A DNA stretch of 64,000 bases, taken from the NCBI GenBank assembly GCA_030698495.1, contig JAUYKA010000008.1, forward strand, positions 78,895-142,894, in the 5' to 3' direction. The stretch comes from a bacterium (GTDB lineage: Bacteria > Patescibacteriota > Andersenbacteria > UBA10190). Position 1 is the first letter of the stretch. The number at the start of each line of letters is the position of its first letter. Shown in pieces: positions 1 through 10,134 of the stretch. The notes beneath the pieces are model-generated. The model was not told the DNA's origin, searched no databases, and worked only from the letters and a program-made list of their open reading frames with translations. The position numbers and the translations under genes were made by a program.

Positions 1-1155
1 AATCAGATACAGCCCCAAGGAGGGGCTTATTAATAACATGGCTATCGTTATATACAGCGGTACGGCTGGTCGGCCGGCACCGGCGGCGATGTTGGCCAGC
101 AGCATATAAAAGGATAAGCCGCCCAGACCAATCATTAAGACAGTCAAAACAGGGGCTGCCGGTATGTAGGTGGAGGAAAAAAAGATGATAATGAGTGATT
201 TACTAGTGGCGGCAGCCAAAGCAACGCTGGGTACAATTAAGGCGATTAAATAGCGGATAGTATCGCTTATAAACGAAGCGGCTTTGTCGTGAGCAGCGCC
301 GGGTTTGGTTAGTTTGGCAACACTGGGTAATAAGATAAAACCAAGCGCCTGGAGCATGGTGAAGGAAATACGGGACAAGGTAACAGCGGCGTTGTAATAG
401 CCGGCGCTGGTGTCACTATGCAGGATCGCTTTTACCATGAATAAATCCAAACTGATCAGAATTTGCAGTCCGACTAAAATTAACACATAGACACCGGCAA
501 AAGACAGAAACTTTTTTACCGGCAGAAGTTTGTTTTTGTGACCGCCGATATTGCGAGTGGAATACCAGCCGACCACTCCCGCGGCGATGCCGCCCAGCAT
601 AAACCCGGCAAATGCCCCGTATACGTAGATGAAGTAGATTAAAGTCAGGGCGCTGACAAGTTTTACTATAGCGTAAAAAATTGTCAGTAAGGCTTGACGA
701 TTAAACAGGTGCATGCCGCTGAAAAATTGGTTGAATATCGGATAAAAAGCCTGGGAGAAGATGACAAACGCCACAAACATAAAATACGGCGTCAGTGAAG
801 AATCTTGCAAAAGCCAAGCGATAACGGAGCTGGCGAAGAAAACCAGCACAGTTATAAGAATGGCGGCATACGCTTGCAGTCGGAGTCCCTGACGCAGTAT
901 CGATTGGGCATGCATTTCGTCTTGGGCGGCGTAGCGCGATATAGCAACGGGAATACCAAGTGTCAGAAATAAGCTGAATATTGTTTGAACTGACAGGACA
1001 ACGCCATAAATACCGTAAGGTCCGGGGCCGAGGACGCGGCCAATCCAAAGATGGGTAACATAGCCCAAAATCAGCACGACCGCTTGAGCCGTCACAAGAG
1101 ATAGAGCGCCGCTGATGCGCGATTGCGGCTTTGTTGTTGTTGCGGCAGTGGCCAT
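1..1155 (-). CDS. Wzx-like polysaccharide biosynthesis flippase (MOP superfamily), 5' part in window, C-terminus runs off window start
   Basis: Manual translation of minus strand from ATG at 1155 is open to position 1 (about 385 aa, MATAATTTKPQSRISGALSLVTAQAVVLILGYVTHLWIGRVLGPGPYGIYGVV...), polytopic, typical Wzx/RfbX N-terminal pattern. Not in ORF track because it has no stop in window. Confidence 0.6.
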   Translation of the reverse strand, partial: MATAATTTKPQSRISGALSLVTAQAVVLILGYVTHLWIGRVLGPGPYGIYGVVLSVQTIFSLFLTLGIPVAISRYAAQDEMHAQSILRQGLRLQAYAAILITVLVFFASSVIAWLLQDSSLTPYFMFVAFVIFSQAFYPIFNQFFSGMHLFNRQALLTIFYAIVKLVSALTLIYFIYVYGAFAGFMLGGIAAGVVGWYSTRNIGGHKNKLLPVKKFLSFAGVYVLILVGLQILISLDLFMVKAILHSDTSAGYYNAAVTLSRISFTMLQALGFILLPSVAKLTKPGAAHDKAASFISDTIRYLIALIVPSVALAAATSKSLIIIFFSSTYIPAAPVLTVLMIGLGGLSFYMLLANIAAGAGRPAVPLYITIAMLLISPSLGLYLI

Positions 1156-1167
1156 ATTTCTAAGATA

Positions 1168-3492
1168 TTAAGGCGTACGCGCCTGGCCCAGAGCTATGAG
1201 ATCGATAGCGATAGCAGCCTGGTCGGAGTTGATAATATTAAAAGTAATAAACCCCTGATTATCTATGGGAGCATCAATGGAATTGATTAGGATAGTGGTA
1301 CTATCTGTCGGCAAAGTCAATGACCGGCCGGTGGGGGTATCAATGGACAGATGAGACGAGGCTGACTGGAGCTCTACCATTAACTCAAGGTTGGTATCTG
1401 AATAGCCGGTGTTTTCTTTGTCCCAAAGCGCTTGGACGTAGTCGCCGATATTGAAACGAAGCGGTATAACGGGCGCTTTTGTGGAACGAAACGTTAAGCC
1501 GTTTGATTTCTGTGGAGCAGATAATCGGGTGGCACGCAAGCTGGCGGGTAGATGTTCGTACGTGTCTTCATCGTCCCCGATATCGTTGGCAATGGTATTG
1601 GAACGCAAGAGCCAGGTTATGTCATCAGGTTTTAGGTTTGATGTAACCGGAGGGAGATTGGGTATGACCGAGTAAAGAACAGTGTCGTGAGCGGCCATAA
1701 CCGGGGTTAGTATGGGGTTGGCGGCGAAAGCGCTGTCGGATGTACCGGTGATACCTGTCAGCCAGTTGATATTTTGTTTGGCAAGAAGAGATTGAATGAC
1801 GGGAGAGCTGCCCAGGGAAAATATTTTTTCCATATCCAATTGGTTCAGATACAGCTGGTAGCGCAAAGAAGATTGCCCGGCTTCTTGCATTTGTCTTTGC
1901 AGGTCGGCAGCAACCCGGCTATACGTTGGGTGTCCAGCTAAAAGCAGCCATGAGGCGGTCCGGCGGTTATAATCATCGGGCAGTATGGCCCCTGGGGTTG
2001 TTTGGCGATGCAGGTAATCAATCAGGCTGGAAATCGCTGGTGTCAGGGTTGAGTTGGTGCGTACCGATAAAGACGGTGTGAATGCCAGGGTCGTTTGCCA
2101 AACGGAAGCGCCAATGATTATGACCGTAGCAACCAGAGCGGTGATGGAGCGCGGCCAATCGCGACGAGAGAAGTTTGACCATAGGCAATACAGGAAAAAA
2201 GCGCCGGTTATACTGAAAAAGAAAGCGGCGTAGAAGAGTGTGCGCACCGGCGGAATGTCGATGAAGAAACGCGGGGCTTGCGAGAGGAAAAGTAATATTA
2301 TGGTACCGGCGGCAAAAGCGATTATCGACAGTTGTTGTTTGGGATGCCGAATAAGAGAAAGCATTACTACCAATCCGGCCAGTCCGGCGCCAAGCCAAAC
2401 AGCGCCCATAATATCGGGGTAATCCGTGATAGCGGGTAGAAGGTTGGCCAGATGCGGGCTAGACGAGAAAAGGTGAGGTATTTTGGACAATAAACCCAGC
2501 CGCCAGCCAACCAGTAAGACAGTGGCGATTACAGTAGAGATAATGGTCCAGAATAGGCGGCCGACACGGTGTTTGATAACGAGATTGATCAAAAGGAGAA
2601 GTGCGGTCGGCAATAAAATAAACGCGCCCAGAAAAAGTGAGAACTGATGACTGACGGCAAGCGCGGCTATTAATAGAAGCGCGAGAATAATATCGGACCA
2701 GCGCCAGCAACGCAAAAGGCGCAGGCCGACGAATAAAAGGCCAAATATAAATACTTCACCAAAAACATTTTGGAAGTGGTAGCCTGGTGTGGCAATGTAG
2801 CGCAGAAAGCGGAAATTAGTCAGCAGCAAAAAGACGGTGGCGGTGGAAACAAAAATAGCCGGCGGGCGGGGAAAAACAGTAATAGCGCACGCAGATGCCA
2901 AGAGAGCGATGGCGAGAGCGACGGCAATTGACGTAAATCCGACGGCGGCTAAGGGCTGGGGCGCAACGCGTATGATTAAAGCCGTGAACGCGTGCAATCC
3001 GGGAGTATAAAAATCAATCGGATCCCGATGTAGCTGCTTAATCGATGAGGAATAATCGGGAAGATGATGATTGATTAGTATCTGTTGCCCCCAATAAATA
3101 GCTTTCTGGCTGTCTCCGGTGGGTAAGCCGGCGTAACGGTAGATAAAAAATAATCCGTAACTGAAATACAGCGCGAGAATAGCAGTGATTAGAAAGATTT
3201 GAAGGTATTTTTTTTGAGTCGGCCAGTGGCCGGTTCGGCGCCAGATTCGAGAAGAATGCCTGAAGACCACATAGAGTAAAATCAAGAATGATAAAATAAA
3301 ATACCAGATAGGGTCGAGGCCGGCAGCGACTGCGCCGAGAGTGCCGAGCACGCCTGCAACCAGGCTCCAAAGTAAAACATAGGCAGTTTTAATAATGATC
3401 AAATCACGATGATATATATGCCAAATTATGATTCCGGGCGAGATAAAAAAGTATATCGGCCATAAGGCGGAGATTAAATAAGTGAAGTCCAT
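1168..3492 (-). CDS. large polytopic membrane protein (about 560 aa TM region + about 200 aa C-terminal extracytoplasmic domain), putative GT-C-type glycosyltransferase
   Basis: 774 aa ORF; >12 hydrophobic helices; architecture resembles ArnT/PMT-like GT-C enzymes; embedded in glycosyltransferase cluster. No diagnostic motif confirmed. Confidence 0.35.
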   Translation of the reverse strand: MDFTYLISALWPIYFFISPGIIIWHIYHRDLIIIKTAYVLLWSLVAGVLGTLGAVAAGLDPIWYFILSFLILLYVVFRHSSRIWRRTGHWPTQKKYLQIFLITAILALYFSYGLFFIYRYAGLPTGDSQKAIYWGQQILINHHLPDYSSSIKQLHRDPIDFYTPGLHAFTALIIRVAPQPLAAVGFTSIAVALAIALLASACAITVFPRPPAIFVSTATVFLLLTNFRFLRYIATPGYHFQNVFGEVFIFGLLFVGLRLLRCWRWSDIILALLLIAALAVSHQFSLFLGAFILLPTALLLLINLVIKHRVGRLFWTIISTVIATVLLVGWRLGLLSKIPHLFSSSPHLANLLPAITDYPDIMGAVWLGAGLAGLVVMLSLIRHPKQQLSIIAFAAGTIILLFLSQAPRFFIDIPPVRTLFYAAFFFSITGAFFLYCLWSNFSRRDWPRSITALVATVIIIGASVWQTTLAFTPSLSVRTNSTLTPAISSLIDYLHRQTTPGAILPDDYNRRTASWLLLAGHPTYSRVAADLQRQMQEAGQSSLRYQLYLNQLDMEKIFSLGSSPVIQSLLAKQNINWLTGITGTSDSAFAANPILTPVMAAHDTVLYSVIPNLPPVTSNLKPDDITWLLRSNTIANDIGDDEDTYEHLPASLRATRLSAPQKSNGLTFRSTKAPVIPLRFNIGDYVQALWDKENTGYSDTNLELMVELQSASSHLSIDTPTGRSLTLPTDSTTILINSIDAPIDNQGFITFNIINSDQAAIAIDLIALGQARTP

Positions 3493-3501
3493 ATACTATG
3501 C

Positions 3502-4665
3502 TTATTCGGATTTTATATATTTGAGATATCGAGAAGCTAACTTGCTCCAAGTATACATCTTGGCGTAATTTCTCATTGTGTCTATTTCCGCAGCTGATAA
3601 GGGGCGGTTAATGAGCTCGATAATTTTAGTTGCATAGGGCGCGGGGGAGGCAGAGGACGCAAAGAAACGTGAGTGCAGTGATGGTGGAATCAGGTATGCT
3701 CTGATGCCGACATTAGCCGTAACAACCGCGCGGCCGCAGGCGATAGCCAGGGCGACGCGATAACTGCTCTTAGCCCGCTGGGTTATGGAATTATCAATGG
3801 GGTCAATTATAATAGATGTTCTGTTGAGGGCATCGGATAATAAAGAGGGATTAAAACGACCCAGCCAAGTTACGCGGTTGCCTAGATTCTTGGAAGAGAA
3901 CGATTTTTTGAGAGCGGAGGTATCTTCGCCGTCACCGGCAATAATCAGATTCGTGTCGGGAAATTTTTCGCAAACAAGTTTTAAAATTTCAGGTAATTTA
4001 TCGATACGATGTCCGGTACTGACGGAAAGGCTGCCCAGGTAAGCTAATGTTTGGTGTTGGGTGGGGGGCGCGAGCGGCGGTAAGGGATTAACGCCGGTTG
4101 GCAAAAAAACCACTTTATCGGCATGTCCGGAGAATTGGCGGTAATGATCGGCTAGAAAGGGCGTCGCGGCAAATATGACACGGCTCATTTTAATGGCTAA
4201 ACGCTGGGAAGCGTGAAGAACGGCGCGTTCGAGGAATGATGATAGTTTGTTGGAGGTCAGCTCAAAATCGTCAGCATCTAGATAGACACGACAGTGTCTC
4301 ATTGACGGCCATAAACGAGCTAAATATGTGCCAAGAGTGTTGGCGGGAAGCGGCTTGCTGATGATAATAACTCCAGGATTAAGGCGGCATATGATGTAGG
4401 CAGTGCGTAAGGAGGAAGCGGCATTATTGAACAGTAATTTCCAGCCGGATAGTCTGGTTTTCCCCGTGGGCAAACGACGAAACGGGACAACGCCGGCATA
4501 ATGGATATGAATTTTATCTGATGTTTTAATTGGCGGACGAGTGTGATCGCGAAGACCAATATAATGAACTTCGTACGGATCAGTGAGATAGTCGGCTAAA
4601 GGAAGGATACGGCCAACGGCAGTTGAGCCGGTTACATCCTGAGCGGCGACAATGACAAGACGCAT
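3502..4665 (-). CDS. glycosyltransferase family 4 (GT-B fold)
   Basis: 387 aa; GT4-type C-terminal motif region (IIAGDGEDTSALKK...). Product class confident, specificity unknown. Confidence 0.6.
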   Translation of the reverse strand: MRLVIVAAQDVTGSTAVGRILPLADYLTDPYEVHYIGLRDHTRPPIKTSDKIHIHYAGVVPFRRLPTGKTRLSGWKLLFNNAASSLRTAYIICRLNPGVIIISKPLPANTLGTYLARLWPSMRHCRVYLDADDFELTSNKLSSFLERAVLHASQRLAIKMSRVIFAATPFLADHYRQFSGHADKVVFLPTGVNPLPPLAPPTQHQTLAYLGSLSVSTGHRIDKLPEILKLVCEKFPDTNLIIAGDGEDTSALKKSFSSKNLGNRVTWLGRFNPSLLSDALNRTSIIIDPIDNSITQRAKSSYRVALAIACGRAVVTANVGIRAYLIPPSLHSRFFASSASPAPYATKIIELINRPLSAAEIDTMRNYAKMYTWSKLASRYLKYIKSE

Positions 4666-4675
4666 AGTTTAAGAT

Positions 4676-5416
4676 TTAAGATTGGTTAATTTTACGTTCT
4701 TGTTTTTTAATGCGCCTAATGAGTGGCCAAATACGAAAAGCAGATTTTATTAAAGTCCAAGTAGACAACTTGCTGCCGTCCTGCGATGTCCAACGAATTG
4801 GAACATTGGCAACTGAATATTGACGGCGGACGGCACGGTAAGCAATTTCGGTATCAAAAAGCCAGCGGGGTTCTTGTAGGCGGTGAAATAGATCAACAGC
4901 CACATGGCGGCGATATCCCTTGAAACCGCACATAGTGTCAACCTTACCCAAGTGAAATAGCCGCATATATGTCCGGTAAGACCAGCCGCTAAGGCGACGC
5001 AGGGCGGAGTGACGTTGGGTCACGGCGCCGGGCAGCCAGCGGTTACCAACAGCAATATCGTGCGAGGCAAGCGCATTTATCATTTTAGGAAGTTCACCGA
5101 TAGGAGTAGCTCCGTCGGCATCCATGAAAACGATATAATTGCCGCGGGAGGCCGAAACACCGGTTTTGACAGCAGCGCCTTTGCCCAGGTTCACTTTGTG
5201 GGACAAGACACGCATGGGTATGCCAGACTTTTTTAAGCGATCGGGAATAGTTTTGGTTTGATCGGTTGAGCCATCATCAACGATAATTATTTCGCGTATT
5301 TGGTTTTGGTGTCGTTCGTAGTAGTGAATTACATCGCGCAAGAATTTATTGAGGCGTTTTTCTTCGTTATAGGCCGGGATTATAAGAGATATTTTGGGCT
5401 CTTTTAGCATGCTCAA
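4676..5416 (-). CDS. glycosyltransferase family 2 (dolichyl/polyprenyl-phosphate sugar synthase-like)
   Basis: 246 aa; IIPAYNEE ... VDDGSTDQT ... DADG motifs (GT-A fold DxD). Confidence 0.75.
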   Translation of the reverse strand: MSMLKEPKISLIIPAYNEEKRLNKFLRDVIHYYERHQNQIREIIIVDDGSTDQTKTIPDRLKKSGIPMRVLSHKVNLGKGAAVKTGVSASRGNYIVFMDADGATPIGELPKMINALASHDIAVGNRWLPGAVTQRHSALRRLSGWSYRTYMRLFHLGKVDTMCGFKGYRRHVAVDLFHRLQEPRWLFDTEIAYRAVRRQYSVANVPIRWTSQDGSKLSTWTLIKSAFRIWPLIRRIKKQERKINQS

Positions 5417-5523
5417 AGAGTAGCAAGGACGGCGAGTTCAGTAAATACAGTGTATACAGTAGATACGGCTCAGCGTTGCCTGTTCTTGCGTGTAAATAAT
5501 TTGCCTGTCATTATGAATTTATT

Positions 5524-7311
5524 ATGTGGTTGACAATAATTATTTTAGCTGCCGGATCACTGGCGGCGGCAGGTGTTTTATTTAAGCAGGAACGGGTGAT
5601 TGTTTGGTTGGCATGTGCCGGCGTTTTAGCGGAAGGCCAATGGATGTTGTTATCGTTAATTAAACGGACATTAGCGCCCGGCATTAACGAAGAGTGGTTC
5701 TTTTTGGCTGGTGCTATAGTGCTTACTCTTGTTTGGGGCGCCGGATGGCGGAAATTTAAGTTACCCGTCTTCGGAGTGAATTGGTGGATGAAGGAAGGGG
5801 TGGTATTGTTATTGATCCTTATTACCGGTGCCGGGGCATGGCTAGTATGGTCGGTTAATGGCTGGGATGACGGCCAATGGGTGACACATGGATTTTTAAA
5901 TGGGGATACGACTACTTTCACGGCTCTGGTTCAGCGTTCTTTCGATGAGCCTGGATTAGTGAGCGCCAACCCATTTGCGGCCGGAGAAAATTTGGAATAC
6001 CCGACCGTTTTGCACGGAGCGGTAGCGGATTTCTTATTAAGTATTAAGGCGGAAGGTAAACTGCTTGCTTATCTGAAATGGTTTACCTACGGGCAGATTG
6101 CATTAACAATACCTTGTTTTTTCTTGTTGTTAGATATTTTTAACCCGGAACCGGCGGAAAAGTGGCAGCGCTGGTATAGCTTAGTAAGCAGGCGGGCGGT
6201 TCTTCTGTTGCAGGGAGGAGTAGTCTTGTATGTTATGGCTTTGTCGTGGGACGGATTTGTTTATCCGCAAAGTCATTTCTTTTTAACTGGTCTATACATA
6301 CTGACAGCCTCACTTTTGTTGTCGGCGGAACGACAATCCGGTAGAGCGCAGTTTCTGATGGTTGCAACGGGTAGCGTGACGGCGTTACTGCTATTACTGT
6401 CTAACGCGGTTATGGGCACGGCCGCTGCAGGTTTGGTAATTATATTTTACTTAACGCGCGCCATGGACAAAAAAAGAAGTGTGCCAGAAAGAGCGACGTG
6501 GTTGATTGCGACATTGATTTGGCCGCTGGTATTTATAACAGCTACACCCGGTAATGGTTCTTTCGGCGTACCAGGGTTTTCTTATACGGCAGCTGGCGAC
6601 ATGATAAGATTGGCGCCAATACTGTTTTTGTTATTTGCCGTAGTTTTAGAAAGAATTTCACGCAATACATTAATGAGTAGCTGGGTAATGGGATTATCAT
6701 CGATCGCGTTAATAACATTTGTTTTCTCGACCAGAGATATTGTAGTAGCTAATTCGGCCCGTTTTTTTTACCAGGCTATTTTAGTAGTTTTTCCTTTGTT
6801 AATTTATAGCGTCATTAGGATTTGGTATTGGCTGAAACGAGAGTTGATATTTTCAACACGCTCTGTGGTAGAGACGGTAAGCGGATGGGCTGGGGTAACC
6901 GTGCTGGGGGTTTTAATATTAATGCCGGCGGCGGCAAGCATAGTCAGTGCCCACGATAATCTTCAGCGTAAAGATCAGCAAATTATCAGTAGAGGTCAGG
7001 TTCAGGCAAGTGCATGGCTAAAGAGTCATACGGCAACAGAAGTGGTGTGGCTGGCGCAGCCGAATGAGCCATGGATTATTCCGGCAATGACGGGAAGATC
7101 AATGCTGCGTACCGATTTTTGGCTGTCACCGGAGGATAGTACATTTTCTAGTGTTAAAGCGGCTTTGGCTGGTGATTCTCGCGCGCGTAAAGAGATTTTA
7201 GAAAAAGTTGACTATGTCTGGCTAAACAGGGAGGAAGCAAACAGGTGGGGAGGGACGACGGGGGAAAAGGTCTTTGATGACGGTGATGTTATTATTTACA
7301 AAACCAGGTGA
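5524..7311 (+). CDS. polytopic membrane protein with C-terminal soluble domain, putative membrane glycosyltransferase/polymerase
   Basis: 595 aa, many TM helices, divergent from GT2 gene; no recognised motif. Confidence 0.3.
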   Translation: MWLTIIILAAGSLAAAGVLFKQERVIVWLACAGVLAEGQWMLLSLIKRTLAPGINEEWFFLAGAIVLTLVWGAGWRKFKLPVFGVNWWMKEGVVLLLILITGAGAWLVWSVNGWDDGQWVTHGFLNGDTTTFTALVQRSFDEPGLVSANPFAAGENLEYPTVLHGAVADFLLSIKAEGKLLAYLKWFTYGQIALTIPCFFLLLDIFNPEPAEKWQRWYSLVSRRAVLLLQGGVVLYVMALSWDGFVYPQSHFFLTGLYILTASLLLSAERQSGRAQFLMVATGSVTALLLLLSNAVMGTAAAGLVIIFYLTRAMDKKRSVPERATWLIATLIWPLVFITATPGNGSFGVPGFSYTAAGDMIRLAPILFLLFAVVLERISRNTLMSSWVMGLSSIALITFVFSTRDIVVANSARFFYQAILVVFPLLIYSVIRIWYWLKRELIFSTRSVVETVSGWAGVTVLGVLILMPAAASIVSAHDNLQRKDQQIISRGQVQASAWLKSHTATEVVWLAQPNEPWIIPAMTGRSMLRTDFWLSPEDSTFSSVKAALAGDSRARKEILEKVDYVWLNREEANRWGGTTGEKVFDDGDVIIYKTR

Positions 7312-7916
7312 AGCACTACTGGGACGATTGGGTTGTTGAGACTGACCTTTACGGCGAATTGGACTTGAGTGAGTGTGCTTTAATCAAACAAGCACACGGG
7401 AACAAAATTATTGTTCGTCAAGATATTGATTCCGGTTCAGTGGGTGACGGCATTATAACCACCGGGGAATCGGCGGCTATTTATACGGCCGATTGCTTGC
7501 CGTTGGTATTACTGACCAAACAAATGGCCTTGATTCTTCATGTGAGCCGAAAATCTTTAGTTTGTGGTCTTCTGGAAAAAGCGGCGGAAAAAATAGATGG
7601 TTTGCCCGAGACGGATGTCGCGGCATATATAGGCCCCCATATATGTCGGCGGCATTTTGAGTTCGCCTATCTGGGAGAGGAAGCGAAGAGGTTTACACTA
7701 AAATATCCGGATAGTGTTTATCGCCAAAAGGGTAGCTGGTATTTTAGCTTAAGACGGGCTGTTGGCGGTTACCTGACCGGATTAGGTGTAAGCCGGGTTA
7801 TCGAGGATGGTAGATGTACTTACGAAGAAACCGCGTTAGCTTCTTACAGGCGTTCCGGATGCCTTAAAGGTAAGTCAGTAAAACAGAATATTACAGTGGT
7901 TAAACGACGCTTTTGA
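7308..7916 (+). CDS. pgeF: PgeF/YfiH family (DUF152) peptidoglycan editing factor / purine nucleoside phosphorylase-like
   Basis: 202 aa; ADCLPLVLL, HVSRKSL, GPHICRRHFEF and C-terminal CTYEETALASYRR match YfiH family conserved blocks; ATGA-type overlap with upstream gene. Confidence 0.75.
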   Translation: MKHYWDDWVVETDLYGELDLSECALIKQAHGNKIIVRQDIDSGSVGDGIITTGESAAIYTADCLPLVLLTKQMALILHVSRKSLVCGLLEKAAEKIDGLPETDVAAYIGPHICRRHFEFAYLGEEAKRFTLKYPDSVYRQKGSWYFSLRRAVGGYLTGLGVSRVIEDGRCTYEETALASYRRSGCLKGKSVKQNITVVKRRF

Positions 7917-8976
7917 TAACCGAGAGGTAATCGTTAATTTTTTGTTGCCAATTAAATTTTCTTAAAGTGAGCTCCCGGATTTGCGGAAATTGATTAATGG
8001 AAGAGAAGTGCCTGGTTAACACCTGAATCCACTGGCTGGCATTGCTAGATTCAATCAGTAGACCGTTTACACCGGACGTAATGGCATCGGTCATGCCTTC
8101 AAGATTAGCGGCGAACACTGGCCGTCGGCAGAGCGCGGCTTCGGCAAGAACAAGGCCGAATCCTTCAACGTTGCTTGGTATTTTAATATTCGGGGCAACA
8201 AATACATCGGCGGTGTTGTAGAGGATGGCTAATTGTTCATTACTTACTCGACCAAGCAATATTACCCGATCGGTCAGTTTTCCATTAGCCGCGGCCTGGC
8301 GGATATTATGTTCTTCTGGTCCGGTACCGGCAATGACATAAAGGTAATTATGATCTAAGCGGGAAAGGACGTTAGCGATAAACCATGCTTGGCCTTTACG
8401 TTTTATTAGGCGGCCGACAGTTAAAATAATTTTTTTATGGGTTAAATCACGACCAAGGAAGTGGGTAAGTTGGCCGCGGGTGATTTGATCGTTATAATAA
8501 CGGTCGCTTATGCCTGGATTAATAACGGTAATGTTTTTATTCACACCGATGCCTGGTAGTAACGAAGCAGTGTATGAGCTTATGGCTATATATGCCGATA
8601 AACGACAAAAAAATAGGTGAAGATAGGCCTGATAGAGAGGGTTTGGATAGGTAATATCTAGACCATGCACGGTTACGATGACGGGTTTATGATAGATTTT
8701 TTTAACTAACCAGCCGGCAAGGGAAAGTAGGGGATCTCCCAGGTGAATAACATCGGCTTGTTTGGCGGTAGTAATTGCGCGAGGCAGACAAAGCAGGGGA
8801 AAGAGCAATCCCAGAAAACGACCGCCTTGGTGACTAATGATTTTGATATTTACTTCGGAAGATCTGGATATGTGATTAATCATCTCCCAGCTCAACCTTT
8901 CCATTCCCCCCGCATGAGGAGAGAAAGATCTGGTAATGAACAATATATGTGTTTTACCGCTTCGTTTTTTGTTCAC
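7900..8976 (-). CDS. glycosyltransferase family 4
   Basis: 358 aa; GT-B pattern incl. EGFGLVLAEAALCRRPV motif. Confidence 0.7.
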   Translation of the reverse strand: MNKKRSGKTHILFITRSFSPHAGGMERLSWEMINHISRSSEVNIKIISHQGGRFLGLLFPLLCLPRAITTAKQADVIHLGDPLLSLAGWLVKKIYHKPVIVTVHGLDITYPNPLYQAYLHLFFCRLSAYIAISSYTASLLPGIGVNKNITVINPGISDRYYNDQITRGQLTHFLGRDLTHKKIILTVGRLIKRKGQAWFIANVLSRLDHNYLYVIAGTGPEEHNIRQAAANGKLTDRVILLGRVSNEQLAILYNTADVFVAPNIKIPSNVEGFGLVLAEAALCRRPVFAANLEGMTDAITSGVNGLLIESSNASQWIQVLTRHFSSINQFPQIRELTLRKFNWQQKINDYLSVIKSVV

Positions 8977-10042
8977 GGTAAGCTTCCTTTCTGGTATGGT
9001 ATAGAATCTCTTCGAAAATCATCCGGTTACGGTGCAGCATGTCGGCTAATAGGGATTGGAAGATAAGTAAAAATCCGACGATGATTAATACGCTGGAAAG
9101 TTGAACAAGGGAGCGGTACGGATAAGTTTGCCCGGTATAAATAAAATGAATAAGAAGAAACAGTCCGCCTATAACGCCAATAAGAAAAATAATGAGGCCG
9201 GGCAGGCCGAAAAAATATTGGGGACGATAATCACGAGCGGCGCGAAAAATAATAGTAGCCGCTTTCATACCGTAACGCCAAAGATTAGAGGCTACGCGAG
9301 ATTGGCCGTGTTCTCTTTCTCCTTTTATAATTAGCGGGATTTCCATCATGGCCATGTTTTTAAAGGCGAGATCGATAAAAGTTTCCTGCGTGTATGTAAA
9401 ATGCCCAAAAAGAGTGAGCCTTAGGGCGGCTTCTCGTGAATAAGCCCGAAATCCGCAAGAAACGTCAGTAAGGTTTTTCTTGGTAATAAAATTGATAATC
9501 CTGGTCATCCAGCGGTTGCCCCAGATTTTTATTAACGGCATGTCGGGAGTTGTGCCGGGATCGGCAAATCTGGTCGCGGTTACCAGAGAGGCTTCGCCGT
9601 GTTGGATGGGAGCAATGAGTTTGGGAATATCTTGAGGGTTAAATTGACCGTCGGCGTCCATATTGACAATAATATCGGCACCGTGATAAAGCGCCTCTTT
9701 AAGTCCGGTTTGAAAGGCTGCGCCAACCCCTAAATTATGAGTATGGCGAATAACAAAAGTGCCGGCTTGTTCGGATAAAACGGCTGTCTGGTCGGTTGAT
9801 CCGTCATCGATAACAACTACGTCAATGTCTGATATTCCGCTTAATTTTAGGGGTATGTCGCTGACTACTTTGGCAATTGTTTTTGCCTCGTTTAAGGCGG
9901 GAATTACAACAACCAGTTTGCAGCACTTAGTCTGGTATTCATTCATGGTTTCGTTCATCAGAACACCAGGTTTGGCGTTAAGCGATCGGGGACTTTTAGA
10001 GTCATGAGAGGTGGTTTCGGGGAGATATGGCATTGGATTCAT
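8954..10042 (-). CDS. glycosyltransferase family 2 with C-terminal TM helices (GtrB/DPM-synthase-like)
   Basis: 362 aa; VVIPALNEAKTI ... IDDGSTDQT ... DADGQ; two C-terminal TM segments; the real start may be the internal Met (MNETMNEY). Confidence 0.7.
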   Translation of the reverse strand: MNPMPYLPETTSHDSKSPRSLNAKPGVLMNETMNEYQTKCCKLVVVIPALNEAKTIAKVVSDIPLKLSGISDIDVVVIDDGSTDQTAVLSEQAGTFVIRHTHNLGVGAAFQTGLKEALYHGADIIVNMDADGQFNPQDIPKLIAPIQHGEASLVTATRFADPGTTPDMPLIKIWGNRWMTRIINFITKKNLTDVSCGFRAYSREAALRLTLFGHFTYTQETFIDLAFKNMAMMEIPLIIKGEREHGQSRVASNLWRYGMKAATIIFRAARDYRPQYFFGLPGLIIFLIGVIGGLFLLIHFIYTGQTYPYRSLVQLSSVLIIVGFLLIFQSLLADMLHRNRMIFEEILYHTRKEAYREQKTKR

Positions 10043-10134
10043 GGTAATACAAAAAACGAATTGATACTATAGCGCGGTAAGAAGACTGATATATATTTGG
10101 GCATTCTGGTGAAGTTTGTTATTATGGGGAGAGT

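Noticed and set aside
2018-2398. Various 60-180-aa ORFs antisense to or inside long genes (e.g. 2018-2398, 8743-9066, 41637-42134, 58375-58923, 61461-61892)
   Set aside because: They are shadow ORFs inside well-supported genes (GT-C-like protein, GT4, T4CP-like ATPase, secA, secD), with no independent start or RBS context or homology.
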